In this document: piece after piece, positions 1 through 11,766 of the stretch | Numbering within the stretch: the stretch's first letter is position 1 | Layout: every line of letters begins with the position of its first letter | NCBI RefSeq assembly: GCF_040938485.1 | Contig: NW_027271701.1 | Span: 124,001-188,000, forward strand | Direction: 5' to 3' | DNA from: Diadema antillarum | Lineage: Eukaryota | DNA length: 64,000 nucleotides | Translations under genes and position numbers: made by a program | Notes under the pieces: model-generated | The model's input: only the letters and a program-made list of their open reading frames with translations | What the model was told of the DNA's origin: nothing | The model's database searches: none

Positions 1-970
1 ACTCATTCTTTTCTTTTTTCTATTCCTTTCATACATTATGTAGGGCTACATATACCTCGGTGATCCATCGCACCATGTGCCTCGCGTGTGCTGGTATAGA
101 CCCTTCATCTCTTCTCCTTTCTCGCCTTTTCCTGTCCACTTGTCTCTTTCTGTTTCTTCTTTCAAAATTCTATTCCTCTTTTCCTTCACTGTATTTTGTT
201 TTTCTCTCTGTTTCTTTCTCTTTACAAGAGAGGTTACTTTTTGTGTTTGTTTGTCTTTCTGTTTGTTTGTATGTATAGGTCTGTATGTGTTGTACACCTT
301 TTATATTATGTCTAGCTTATTGCGTTTTGATGTTATTTAGTCTTTTTGTCCACGAGGAGACTGCAAAATACAAGCTTAGCTTTTTAGCATGTCTCCTCCA
401 TTTCCTGCAACTTTAATTTTAATTCAATTTTCATTGTTTATTTTGCTTTTGTGATGCGTAGTATTCTCAACTTCACGTATTTTTCTTTGTTATCACATTG
501 TATTGATGTTGTGTTATTTTGTGTATGAAAATGTTGTTGGAAATGAAATAAATGGAATGAAATACTTACGCATAGTGCTAAAATTTCCTGCATCCGCTGG
601 TTTAGAGAGTGAGATGTTTTAAAGATATCTTGATTTGGGGCCTGTTGGGTCTTCGGGGCCTCTGGGAGGAACTCCCATTTGAGCAAAGTTAGATCAAATT
701 ACCTTATAAATGATATTCCTGCTAAATTCAGTCAAAATCCTTCCAGTTGTTATCAAGAAGTCAAAAAATGCGCACGAGTATGGCGCATGACGGACATGTA
801 TGATTACAGTATCTCCCTCGAGCCTTTGGCTTCCTAAAGTTGCGTTAACAACGCTGACATTCTGTTACAATCTTTAACGCAATTCTCGTCTATATAGTTT
901 CTGGATCTTGTGGCAAAACCAGGAAGGCGGCTTAAGTATTAATAGCTCGTACAGGGCTTTCCCACTTTAC

Positions 971-2282
971 CCCATCGGTTGAACCGCAAATCGTCTTTCA
1001 TGCGAGCTCGTTCCTTTCTGGCATGAGCTAGCATTGCTTCTGCGTCGTCGCAGCTCACAACATCCATTCCGTGGTTGAGAAGAATAATGGAATCCACCCT
1101 GCGTACGTATCGTATTAATCATCAAAATGAAGGCATTAGTATATTTATTGCTTGTTTAGGACATAGTGTCAATGATCATTGACTTTCGCCACCTTGGCCT
1201 TTATGGAATCTTTCCGTTAGGAATATTTTTCAAACTAAAGTATTTTGTAATACTAATCATTCCTGAAAACAAAACAACGCAACGCAATGTTCATATATCC
1301 AGGTCCTATTAACATACTTTAGCAAAGACGGACATCTTTGGTTGGACAAAAAAAATGTCTAAAGATAAAAGCCTCTGGCATGATTCGAACTAGTGACCTT
1401 TATGAGCATTAAACTATAAATAGCAAATAAATAGCAAATAAACTATAGCCTAAGTATTGAGTTGATAACAGCAAATCATTTATAAATATTCAAAAAGGAG
1501 GAGGGCCTTAAATCGATCCTCGTGCCACACCACAACTATAGTAATGGCCGGAAGCAACGAACTTTGCTTCCGACAAACGACCGATGAGAAAAAAAAGTCT
1601 CTGTGGAATGGGGGTATTAGTTAAGTCAAAACATATTATTGCCCATGTAATAAGAATGTGACAATACACTCTCTGTGAACAATACACTCACTTATTCTGT
1701 GGAGACCAAAAGAATGACACATAAACACGAACTGAACAAAGAAGAGTACCCAAAGCCTGAAAATATGCATTCATTCAAGATGCGTAACCCTCCCTGGAGA
1801 TGAAAAGGGAAAGAAATGGAGTGTGGGAACGTACATAGACAAGATGCTGATAATCTAGGGCCTGGTCCTTCGGTTCATATAATAATTGTATGAATCATCC
1901 GGTAAATCTGTAATTGTCAGTAATAAAAGTCAAAGGCCTACAACCCTTTGAGAAGAAAGGACTTAACCACCAGTAAAAAAAAGTCTTTAATCTTTAATCA
2001 ATTCTCTTTGAAATTATTCAACTTCACAATTTTTAGATAAGCATGACTGTTATGCCTACATGGCTCTAACGAATCGTGGTAACGCAAAATATGAAAGACA
2101 ACGATCAAGAGTACACGTACTCCTGATACCTACCCTCTTCCACAAGCTACATCGAGAACCTTCTTGCATTCTCCGGACTTGAGCTGATGTAAAAGCCATT
2201 TTTCATATTCTGATGACCGCTTGGCCAGGGCCCCCAGTTTGGAGACTAGTTCTGGGTTATCAAAAACGTTTCCTGAACATTT
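971..2282 (-). CDS. GNMT: Glycine N-methyltransferase-like gene, two internal exons (2134-2282 and 971-1098); remaining exons not identified
   Basis: Exon 2282-2134 (CAG/GT flanks, phase 0 to 2) encodes ...RSSEYEKWLLHQLKSGECKKVLDVACGRG. Exon 1098-971 (CAG/GT, 128 bp) continues in frame: VDSIILLNHGMDVVSCDDAEAMLAHARKERARMKDDLRFNRW. This matches recalled GNMT RTAEYKAWLL...[32 protein letters not shown]...FDKW, with the same intron position after the SAM-binding motif I. Confidence 0.85.
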
Positions 2283-2859
2283 CTGGGGGGGGGGGGGGCG
2301 GAGGAATAAATCACAAACACACACGCACAAATCATATACTCGTGTCATCATAGGGTACTTACATTGGACTACGAAATAAGTAAGTACCTATACACTCCTA
2401 CACTACATGCGATTTTACGGACGACAAGCAACTGCAAGTATACAGACGCCAGGCGATATTTACTGATAGCAATACATTCCCTGAGCCTTTGGTTCAGGTG
2501 AGCTATGGAAAGAATAGCGGATTTCCAGGTGAATTAAAGAATATGTGTAAGCGATTTAACAATTAGAGCACTATGAGCAAAGGTATTCGTCAATTTTAAT
2601 TCAAGTTTGTCCATTCATAACATATCTTTCTCTGTGGGCAGCCAAATTGGTTAATGAGGGTACATTTGAAATAACTGCACTCAACTTTCATTTACATACA
2701 TAAATTAGAGAGAAATTCAAACATAATCAAATAAATCATTTAGAAGATTAAACAAAGGTCTGCCACAACGTGTTTTGTTAACTTCAAGTCTTTTCCGTAA
2801 TTCTGATAGAAACATACATCGCAATCTACGTTCTCTATATAATCAACACCTTTGTAATT

Positions 2860-3944
2860 ACGCAAGACTATAAATTGATGAATACACCAAAAAGCTTATT
2901 CATAAAATCATCTACTTTCTCTTCTTCATTGCTCTTTAACAAAAATGCAACATTAATGTCCACAGAAATATGAAAAACTTGCTGAATTAACCAAGAAATA
3001 TAATTCCAGAAACTCCCATTCAGTTTAATTGGAATAAAAGCATGTGCTATACCCTCATCTAACATTTACTGACAAACATCACACTTAAAATTGGCACTTA
3101 TTTTCCACTTGATCAAATTCATCTTCACTGGTAATAAATCATATAAGACTATAAATTGAATTCCTTCAACTTATTATCTTTTACTTTACAAATTACGTAC
3201 AAAAGAATAATTCCAAATTATCTTCATCCCCAATACGCTTTTCCAGAAAAAAAATAAAACCTCACCTGGTATATGCTCCATCTTGCTTGATCAATTGATT
3301 ACAAAAATACTTCGATGTTACATCACATAGTCTCTTTACATTTTTTTTTCCAATTTCTAAATGTGGGGTACATATTGATGAAATATTCTGCTCTCTGTCA
3401 ATAGATGTTTGCGTCAACCAGATTTTTGGTATAGCCTCCCTCAGTTTCGAATAATAAAAAAAAAATGCCCTTCTTAATTACTATTTCTAAATTTCAGTAA
3501 TGACATGAGTTTTTCCACCGTTTTGTATCTCCATGCCAATAAGATGTCTTCTAACCGGATAATACCACTCTCAAACCATTCTTTGTAAAACAGAGGCTTC
3601 TTTTTGAAAACGACATTTTGGTTGTGCCACAAAACGTTCTTTTCTACAGGGGGCTTCTTTTCCAATACCTCTTTGTCCCAGGCGCACATCATTTCAATAT
3701 AAAACGGAGGCATGTTTTTAACAAAAATGGACGTAATATTATACACTTGAAAAATTACAATTCAATAACAAATCTAAACCTTCAAAACGGTTAAACCAAT
3801 GAGCGACTGCACTCAACTTAACAATGTGAGGTTGGTATCGCAGGTAGAATATCAAAATGTGGAGGGTACTGGGAAATCTGAAGTTACTAATTGTCCATGG
3901 TGATGCCCATTTGGAAAATTGACTTGAAACATTATCCTTCTTTT
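2860..3944 (-). mobile_element. Degenerate L1/Tx1-type LINE ORF2 C-terminal fragment
   Basis: Broken frames give HWFNRFEGLDLLLNCNF..NMPPFYIEMMCAW, LWHNQNVVFKKKPLFYKEWFESGIIRLEDIL and FWNYISWL, motifs typical of the L1/Tx1 ORF2 tail. Multiple stops and frameshifts. Confidence 0.7.
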
Positions 3945-4133
3945 CATGAAAAATCTGAGAAAATATAGGAAATTTGAGCTTGCAAATCGCAGCTTTATAA
4001 CCAAGACCATGAAGAATCTGAGAAAATATAGGAAATTCGAGCTTGCAAATCGCACTTTGATAAACAAGACCATGAAAAATCTGAGAAAACATAGGAAATT
4101 CGAGCTTGTAAATCGCAGCTTCATAACCAAGAC
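3945..4133. repeat. Tandem repeat, 3 x 63 bp
   Basis: Unit catgaaaaatctgagaaaatataggaaatttgagcttgcaaatcgcagctttataaccaagac starts at 3945, 4008 and 4071 with few substitutions. Confidence 0.95.
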
Positions 4134-4139
4134 CAGCGA

Positions 4140-5340
4140 TGGACACACTAGTCATCTAAGTCGTCTGGGGGTGCCTGTGGGCTCGGTTTTGTTTTCCACG
4201 CTGTTCAATATCCACAAAAGTGCCCACCACGTACGTCTTGCTTCAAGACGGTATGGGCATGTAGATACCCTAGACTTACTGTGTATAAGGACAAGGACCT
4301 GAGCGAAGAAAAAATGTGCATACTGCTAACATGGAGCTTATTGCAGACTATCTATAGAAGCTAGGACTCAATTCAAAAGGCGAGTGCTGCAAAATTTACT
4401 ACAACTGCTTTTTACATGAACACCTAAGAAGCAGACCGGCAACTGACTATTCTTCACACAGTGGGAAGCCTCTTCCATGCAACCTTCACCCAACAGATCT
4501 TGGAGTAAAACTTGACAGACAGTTGACCTGAAAACATCACCTTGTAGCTCTACGTGGGAAAGTGTCCGGCCGGAACAACCTGTTACGTCGCCTGGGCACG
4601 GTTTATCATGGGGTGCATCAGCATCAATTCTCCGGACAGAAGCACTAGCTCTGGTGTTCAGCACTGGCGATATATGCTGCGCGAGCATGGCTTGAGTATA
4701 CCCATGCAAAAAAAAAAGTTGGACTGTCCACTTAATGACACCCTCTGGATGTCTCCGCCAGTCCTAGCAGGGATTTTGCAACCTATCCTTACGCTACGCC
4801 AGGAGAATCTTATGGGCAAGCTTACGCAGAAGTCCCTCACTGATGACACTCATCCACTACACAAAATAGTGACAGAAGCCAAAGATCGTCAACGCCTCAC
4901 AGATCACATCACCCTTTCTCTCGTCATACAGCTGCCCTAGAGCAACTACCGCAGTTTTCAGCTCAATAACGCAAGACTGGGAAAAGAGATGGGGAAAGGA
5001 CGACACACCCACAGCAATTCACTGTTCCCCCTGGCGTCAAAGCTCAAACTGGCTCCAAGTTACCACGGAAGGTTTTGTTAACGCTCAATCGTCTACGCAC
5101 AGGGGTTGGAAGATTCAATGCCAACACGTACGGTTGGGGTCTTTGGGGACTACGGGAATCGCCAGTATACGTCTGTGATGCGGCTGAGCAGACGCGGACC
5201 AAGTCATCTTTACGTGCTCAACACTTTACCCCTGATAGCATGACTGATCGACCTATCTGATCCGAAGGATGCCCCAAAAGTTGTCCTGTTCAACTGGCTC
5301 ACGTACACAGCGTCAGGGTACACTAACAGTACCATCTGTT
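4140..5340 (+). mobile_element. Degenerate Ingi/Vingi-like non-LTR retrotransposon, RT-to-C-terminus fragment
   Basis: Frameshifted pieces: EADRQLTILH, KKLDCPLNDTL, PVLAGILQP, TDDTHPLHK, LNRLRTGVGRFNAN..GWGL...CDAAEQT. These are characteristic of I-group (Ingi/Vingi) ORF2 C-termini. Confidence 0.7.
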
Positions 5341-7599
5341 ACTGGTGGTCTCCTGCATTCAATTATCTCTGTTGTTTACTGAAAAATACTGTATATTTTA
5401 TTTTATGTTTCTGTGTATCTACGTTGCTCAATGCAATCACCTATGTGAATCTATTTATGTACTGTTATCGATTTATTTCACTGCACTTGTTATTCTTTGT
5501 CTTTGTACTTTTTGAAGTTTGCATTCAAATTGCATCTGATTGAATGCAGAAATAAAAGCAAACAAACAAACAGTACCAACTACAACTAGATCTACTACTT
5601 AAACGAAAGAAGAAGAACGTAGGCCTATAACCTCAGTTACCGCTCATCAATACGTGCGGCCATGAATCATTATGTGGACACAGTAGATCCTAATCTACCG
5701 TTTCTGCATTTATTTCTGCATTATGTTTCTCCGAGTACACAGACAAATCGATACAAATTGATACATAGTATTTATGCCCAAAAGGGTAAAATCATACAAA
5801 TTAACACAGGAATTGTGAATTTCATAGCAACATCGTCCCTAGTATACATGTAAATTAGAATCAACCTTATAATGCATACTGTAGTCGAATGTGGAAAAAA
5901 GAGAAAATCAATACAGCTAGGGGACCATCATCATAAGCATGATGAGGATAAGGATGATAATTATAGTCATTTCCCTGAGATAATGCACGGGTGGTCCAAG
6001 TGATGCACGATATGTGACAGATGGTACAAGCACGAGGTCTGCAGGACCGAGTGCAGCATATCCATGTGGCGATTCGAGCGTTATCTGGGCCCAAAAATGC
6101 AAAAGCAAAAGTGCATTGGTTGTTTTACACATGGGGAACATGGAGAAATCAAACAGCCCACGAGTCATATACAGCCCATGACTGATACAACCCACGAGTC
6201 ATACTGCCCATGCGTTCGACTCTATCAAAGCAAGACAAGGCCGACGAGACCGACACATTAAGCCCCGTGTTGTAATGTCAAACTCGTGGGCTGGGAGGGG
6301 ATGAGAACTGTTTGCATTTTGATGTTGTAAGTAGTGTAATTTGATGCAAGTTTTTGAGTGTTTTATGGACTTAAAAATGGTTTAAGTAAGGAAGCAATAT
6401 TTAGATGTAGATTATATTTAACCAATTGCCAATGAAAAGGATATCATTTTAATAAATTTCGAGAATATATTCTTTCAAGAAATAATGATAATGATAATAA
6501 TAATGTTAATAATAATAATTTTCGACTCTAGGATTCGAAAATAAAATGAGATCTGAGCACGCTGCGATGGTCCAGGACTAAACCAATAAACATACTTGCG
6601 TAGTGTAGGCCTTTTTGTCATGAATATAATTTGTGGAAAGTAATTAATTACTGAATGAAAGAGACTCCCCACATACAATGGTGAATGCGTTGATTTTAGT
6701 TTGTCCAGCTCAGGAATTTTCAGACCAGGTTTAGTAAACTATAACAGGAATTTAACTTATCATTTGATGACCCAAAGTTCAAAGTTCAAATTTATTTTCA
6801 TTTCCATCAAATAAACAGAGAAAATTATATACAATGTATAAGCAGAACATATTTGTAATAATTGCAAAAACGTAAATTAACAAAATACATGTGATAACGA
6901 CAAACAAAATGAAGAAAACATAATTGTATTTCTTATCTTCATATGCAAAATACAAATTAGATAAGGATGGGAATGAAAATGGACGGTCCCACTAAAAAGC
7001 AAAGCTTGTACATTATGGGACCCTCAGAAAATACATGAGAGAATTAATAATGAATCAATGAAACCAGAAACAATCATAAAACAAAATCAAAGGAAGCAAT
7101 GTCAACTGACACGAGACCAAAATTAATGAGGAAGGAAAAAAAAAAGGGGGGGAACCAAATAAAGCTGCAACACGTGCTATCGTGGACACAAGCAAAATGG
7201 CATCCATGAAGTAACAGTAATGATAAAATACAACCTGGATTGAATATATTGCAAAGAATTGTTTACATATACCGGTAAGAATGCAGAAAAGCGGATATAA
7301 AAGGAGAGAATATAGACACAATGGTATATACGGTACAATAACAGGAACATCTGAGGAGCACTTGTGTTTGAGATTATTTTTCTCTAATAAGAAAAATACA
7401 TGTATCTTATAATCGTTTAATGTTAAAAGAAATGATGACTGTCTTGATAGAGATGATGAAACGATCCTAATTCGGTTGTATATTATAAGATTTCAATAAA
7501 AATAATTTTAATTTATTCTTAAAAGAATTCAAAATTTTAGCTGTTATTTAATATATTGTTATGAGGTGAGTTCCAACACTTTGTCCAATCGAAAATGAA

Positions 7600-7846
7600 G
7601 GTGTTCTGACCCAGCAAAGTTCTCAAAAATGGCAAATGGAATTCATTTAGGCCTTGTTGGATAACTGTGAATGGATTGATTTGATTTCTTCGAAACATTG
7701 TTTCAAATATATTTGGAAGATTATTTCTATACTATAATTTGTGTGCGCATGATTTGTTTCATCATTTAAAGAGAAACTAGTCAAGATGGGGGAAATGGTC
7801 TGTAATAACCGAGAGCAATATAAGGGAATCGGGAGGAGGAAAAATA

Positions 7847-7897
<51 letters not shown>

Positions 7898-8250
7898 TCA
7901 GTAAGGGAAGCAGATTCATTGGCTACACGTGTGGGTTCAGATATTAAGGGCAATAAAAAAGCAGATAGAAACATTTCTAAAATATCTTGTGACATATTAT
8001 TTTGTTTTAGTAAGTGTATATGAAAATCACTCATATGAAACAATTTTTATTAATAAAAAGTGGGTTTTTAACCAAATACAAGAGATAATCTAAGAATGAT
8101 TTAATGTTCTCGCTCGGAGGTCTGTATACTACACCTTTGATTACATTTTTGCTGCCAGAAACTGTAATTTCAGTGAAAAGAGATTCAAACGAATCAATCA
8201 TGCTGTTAAGCTCATCGCGAACTACATGATCATAAGTTTATGAAACATGT
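7600..8250 (-). mobile_element. L2/CR1-type LINE endonuclease fragment interrupted by a (TA)n microsatellite
   Basis: SDFHIHLLK...FLSAFLLPLISEPTRVANESASLTDD[(TA)n 7850-7895]NIF...LSVITDHFP resembles the APE motifs GDFNIDLL / PTRVT..SATLIDNIF / SDH. Confidence 0.7.
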
Positions 8251-8702
8251 AAGGCAACGCCCCCACCTATATGTCTGTTGTTAACTACAAGATCATATCC
8301 GTCGAGAGCGACTAGAAGACTTGAGTCAAGGGAAAGCCAGGCTTCAGTTAGACCTGTACTGCCGATAATTTTTGCATGATGGGATAATTTAAAAGTAATC
8401 GCAGTTCTTCAGAATGTTTGTTAATACTCCCAATATAGGTTTTCACGGCCAATTTCGCACTTTTGTCACTCCATTAGAGAGAAGGTTCATTCCATTTAGC
8501 AAAACCCTCGTTATCGCACAGTCTGTCTTTCAAAATTGCATCTTGTGCGTTCAGTTCAGCATTTCGATCAATGAAATTAGTAAAAGTACCTTAAATTATC
8601 TAAACCATGGCGCCAGTTTGTGAGATGAATCAGAAATAAATTCCTTAGTTGTAAGAATACTGGCCGGCAGTATAAAGATGCTCTAACAGAAAGAAAGAAA
8701 AA

Positions 8703-8734
<32 letters not shown>

Positions 8735-10762
8735 CTCTTGAAATTACTGTAATAATTACCTGTTTCTTTAGCTCATGTTTAGCCACATTTGACTATCCTT
8801 ATATTCTGCAACATGAGTAAAGGAGGTGTTTAGCACTACTAGAATAGCTTGCAACTTTTATTTGCTGCATACAATATAGGACCTACAATTCGTGAACAAC
8901 TTTAATCGTAAAATATCATATTCTAAATTGATTTGATCAATTTAGGAGACGAAATCTTTCCCAGTAACTTTCCCAGAAGCCAACAAGTTATCACACGTTC
9001 CAACCACCTCCGAAAATTATTGATAATGAACAAGACATAGACACTTTCTAAAAATACAAATCTGCAATACGAATGTGAAAATAAGCTCAATCATTCTACC
9101 TCCATAATTCCGGTGCTCGATCGCAGCTTCGCTAGTTGTTGAAATAACAAACTTCAAATGTTTAAAGCCACCTCCCTCCGGCGTTCGAGTTGCTCACTGA
9201 TGTAGCGAAATTTCGATTGCAGAAAGGCAAACCCAAGATCGACTATAAGTAGGACCTAGGTTGATACCACCACTTACTGTACACCACCAACACGTACAAA
9301 CACATTTATGCATAAGTATATGTACGACATGTACGTATTGTTTAAAACTATCCTTCCATGTCTATGGAAGCAGGAGCCCGTCAAAAACATGAATAGAATA
9401 CGTCGCGTAGTCATTAGAATTGCTACCCGACGTAAATAATTATCGGTCATAACAGGAGCTACGTGCCTTTTTGCAAACTGAAGTACGGTTTGGACTATTG
9501 TACGCCAATATAAGTTTTAGCGTTAATCCATCTAAATTTGTATAATTTTTTGCTTTGCTAATAGTTCCTTTTGAACGAGAGTTAGACATGTTTATTAGTA
9601 GGTTGTGTATTTTTAATTTGCTACTGTTTGCAAAATAATGCGGTTGTATACAATTGTTACATTGATTAATAAACTATTGGAGTTCCTTTTTTTAATATTT
9701 TTTACAGAGAGTGCTTCTCATAGCAAAAGCAATCATTGCTAGGGTTGAATTTGCTAGAATTTAAAGCTTTTTTTAAAACAATTTTTTAGTCAATGACCAA
9801 CGTCCCTTAATATTTGCTACTGTTAAGCAAAACCTCGAGAGCGTAACTAAAGTCTGCTATAGATGCATGCCTTTTGAGTGGCGACATTTTAGCGGCTCAC
9901 GACCATTTGCGTGGGCAATCAAAACTTCAAGTCAGTCCTATAACCTATACCTGGACGACATAATTTTTTCTTATCTATAGGCCACTCAAGAAAATAAAAA
10001 ATGGCCCGTTTTAGCCTCTTCTTGACAGGCTGAGCAAGCATGGACTCAACTAAACCCACCTAAGTGTGATCTGCTGCGAAGAAGAACTGTTCATTACATT
10101 GGACATAATATATATTATCAGCATTATATCATCATGCTTTGTTTTTTGCAACTCTTTATAACAACATAATTTTGCTCTGTTTTAATTTGAGTAGCAGAAT
10201 AAATGCAAGCAATCAAACTTGTTTTCTTTATTAACTCTTGAGCGATCGAGCTATTGCGATCATTCATCGTACGTCGTCCATTGTGTGCATGTGTGTGTGT
10301 GTTGTGAGTGTGTGTGTGCACCGTGTCTATGAAACATGTGTTGGTAGTCAATACCCAAAAGTATATATCGGCAACCTTCCTCTATATAAGTCCTTTTTTT
10401 TGGGGGGGGGGGGGAATTTTTAGCCCTCCATGGACTATTTTCTTGTCTCAATGTCAACATAATACAACTAAAAAAAAAATCAACTATAATCTCGTTTTTT
10501 CTTAACATTTCTCTCGTTAACATTCACACAAACAAATGTTGGAGTGACTGCCACTATAAACTTAACTTGTTGAGAGTACCCGATACAGAATGAATATATA
10601 TCTCGTCTACATAATAATTTACTTTTTTTTGTCTTCATAGGGTTAAACCTAGGGACTTTGTTTTTTTAATTTTTGTGCAAACAACTGTTGCTCAATCAGA
10701 ACTACAGCACAGTTTGGAGCGTCGTTTCTCTTTTCTTTAAAATCAAATCTATCTAAATCCTG

Positions 10763-11746
10763 TGTTACGAATTTGCCCATGTAATCATTTTTAGAATATA
10801 GTTTCAGGTTTTAGGATCATGTGTGTGCGATCACACGTGCATGATCGCGAATGTTTGTAAACACCACCGGTTACGTAATCTCCTTTACACAGCCTTACAC
10901 ACTTCGCCCAGGTTGAGTTTAATGTTATGAATATATTAAGCTGGGCGTGCCTGACGGAATTTTCCATGTATGTAATAATGTTCATGTTAAAAATACATTG
11001 GTCGCGTCAGTCGACTATCGGACTCCGGTTAGAGAGGACCGTTATCACTTTCTCGGCGTTCTTGTCTACAATCTTGAGGGGAATTGCTTTCCCCAAGGAA
11101 CGTGCTCTGCTAAGTGAATTTTAGGTGCTAAGAGGCGAGATAAACCAGGATATGCCTATTTCCCTCTAGCCCGTTTTCTTTCGACGACGACGGCGACATT
11201 AAGTTTTCGTCGATTTCCAGGTGAACCACCAGATGGTTTTGAGCCAACGCCCACCTGTGGTTGCTGCACGGTGACTAGTGGGAGCCGCGCCGAGGTCGAT
11301 ACAGGGCGCCGAGACGCTGTGAGGGACCACGCGCACCCAGCGGCCAACGCCCTTCTGTCTGGCACAGTCACAGCGCTGCAAACTGTGCTGAGATAGCGTC
11401 GCCCGCTAACCCGACGACGTCCCGTGTATTGACGTGTCCTCCACGTGATAGCGTCTGACGTCGCCTCCCCGCCACGTCGCCGATGTGTTGGGCCCCGACG
11501 TTGACTCTCTTAGGGTGAAACCCTGGCCAGGTATTATACAATCTGAACTTATGTTTTCTTAGTTGAAACGATACCGTCTATCTTTCATTGTTATGGTTGA
11601 TTTCACTGTAATGTGTTGAACAACAATTCTGTGATCCCGGTTGGAGACTGATTGTTAAATAATTTCCTAATAAAAACCCGGAAGATTTGTTCATTTCAAT
11701 TCACTGAGACCGCCTTGTATTCATTTGTGTGAACTTGACCGTAACA
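10763..11746 (+). repeat. 5' LTR (984 bp)
   Basis: TG...CA ends with a 7-bp inverted repeat. About 5 substitutions versus the 3' LTR by eye. AATAAA near 11669. Confidence 0.95.
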
Positions 11747-11749
11747 AAG

Positions 11750-11766
11750 TGGGGGCTTGTCCGGGA
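11750..11766 (+). promoter_or_regulatory. Primer-binding site, tRNA-Pro type
   Basis: TGGGGGCTTGTCCGGGA, 3 nt after the LTR. One mismatch to the canonical tRNA-Pro PBS TGGGGGCTCGTCCGGGA(T). Confidence 0.85.

Noticed and set aside
46-340. Overlapping short ORFs at the window start
   Set aside because: Produced by CT-rich low-complexity sequence; no recognisable protein.
5867-6261. Cys-rich ORFs that could be the missing upstream GNMT exon
   Set aside because: No GNMT similarity in any frame and no matching splice donor; the sequence resembles a dispersed repeat.
10791-11381. ORFs of 60-81 aa repeated in both LTRs
   Set aside because: They recur only because the LTRs are duplicated; no domain similarity.
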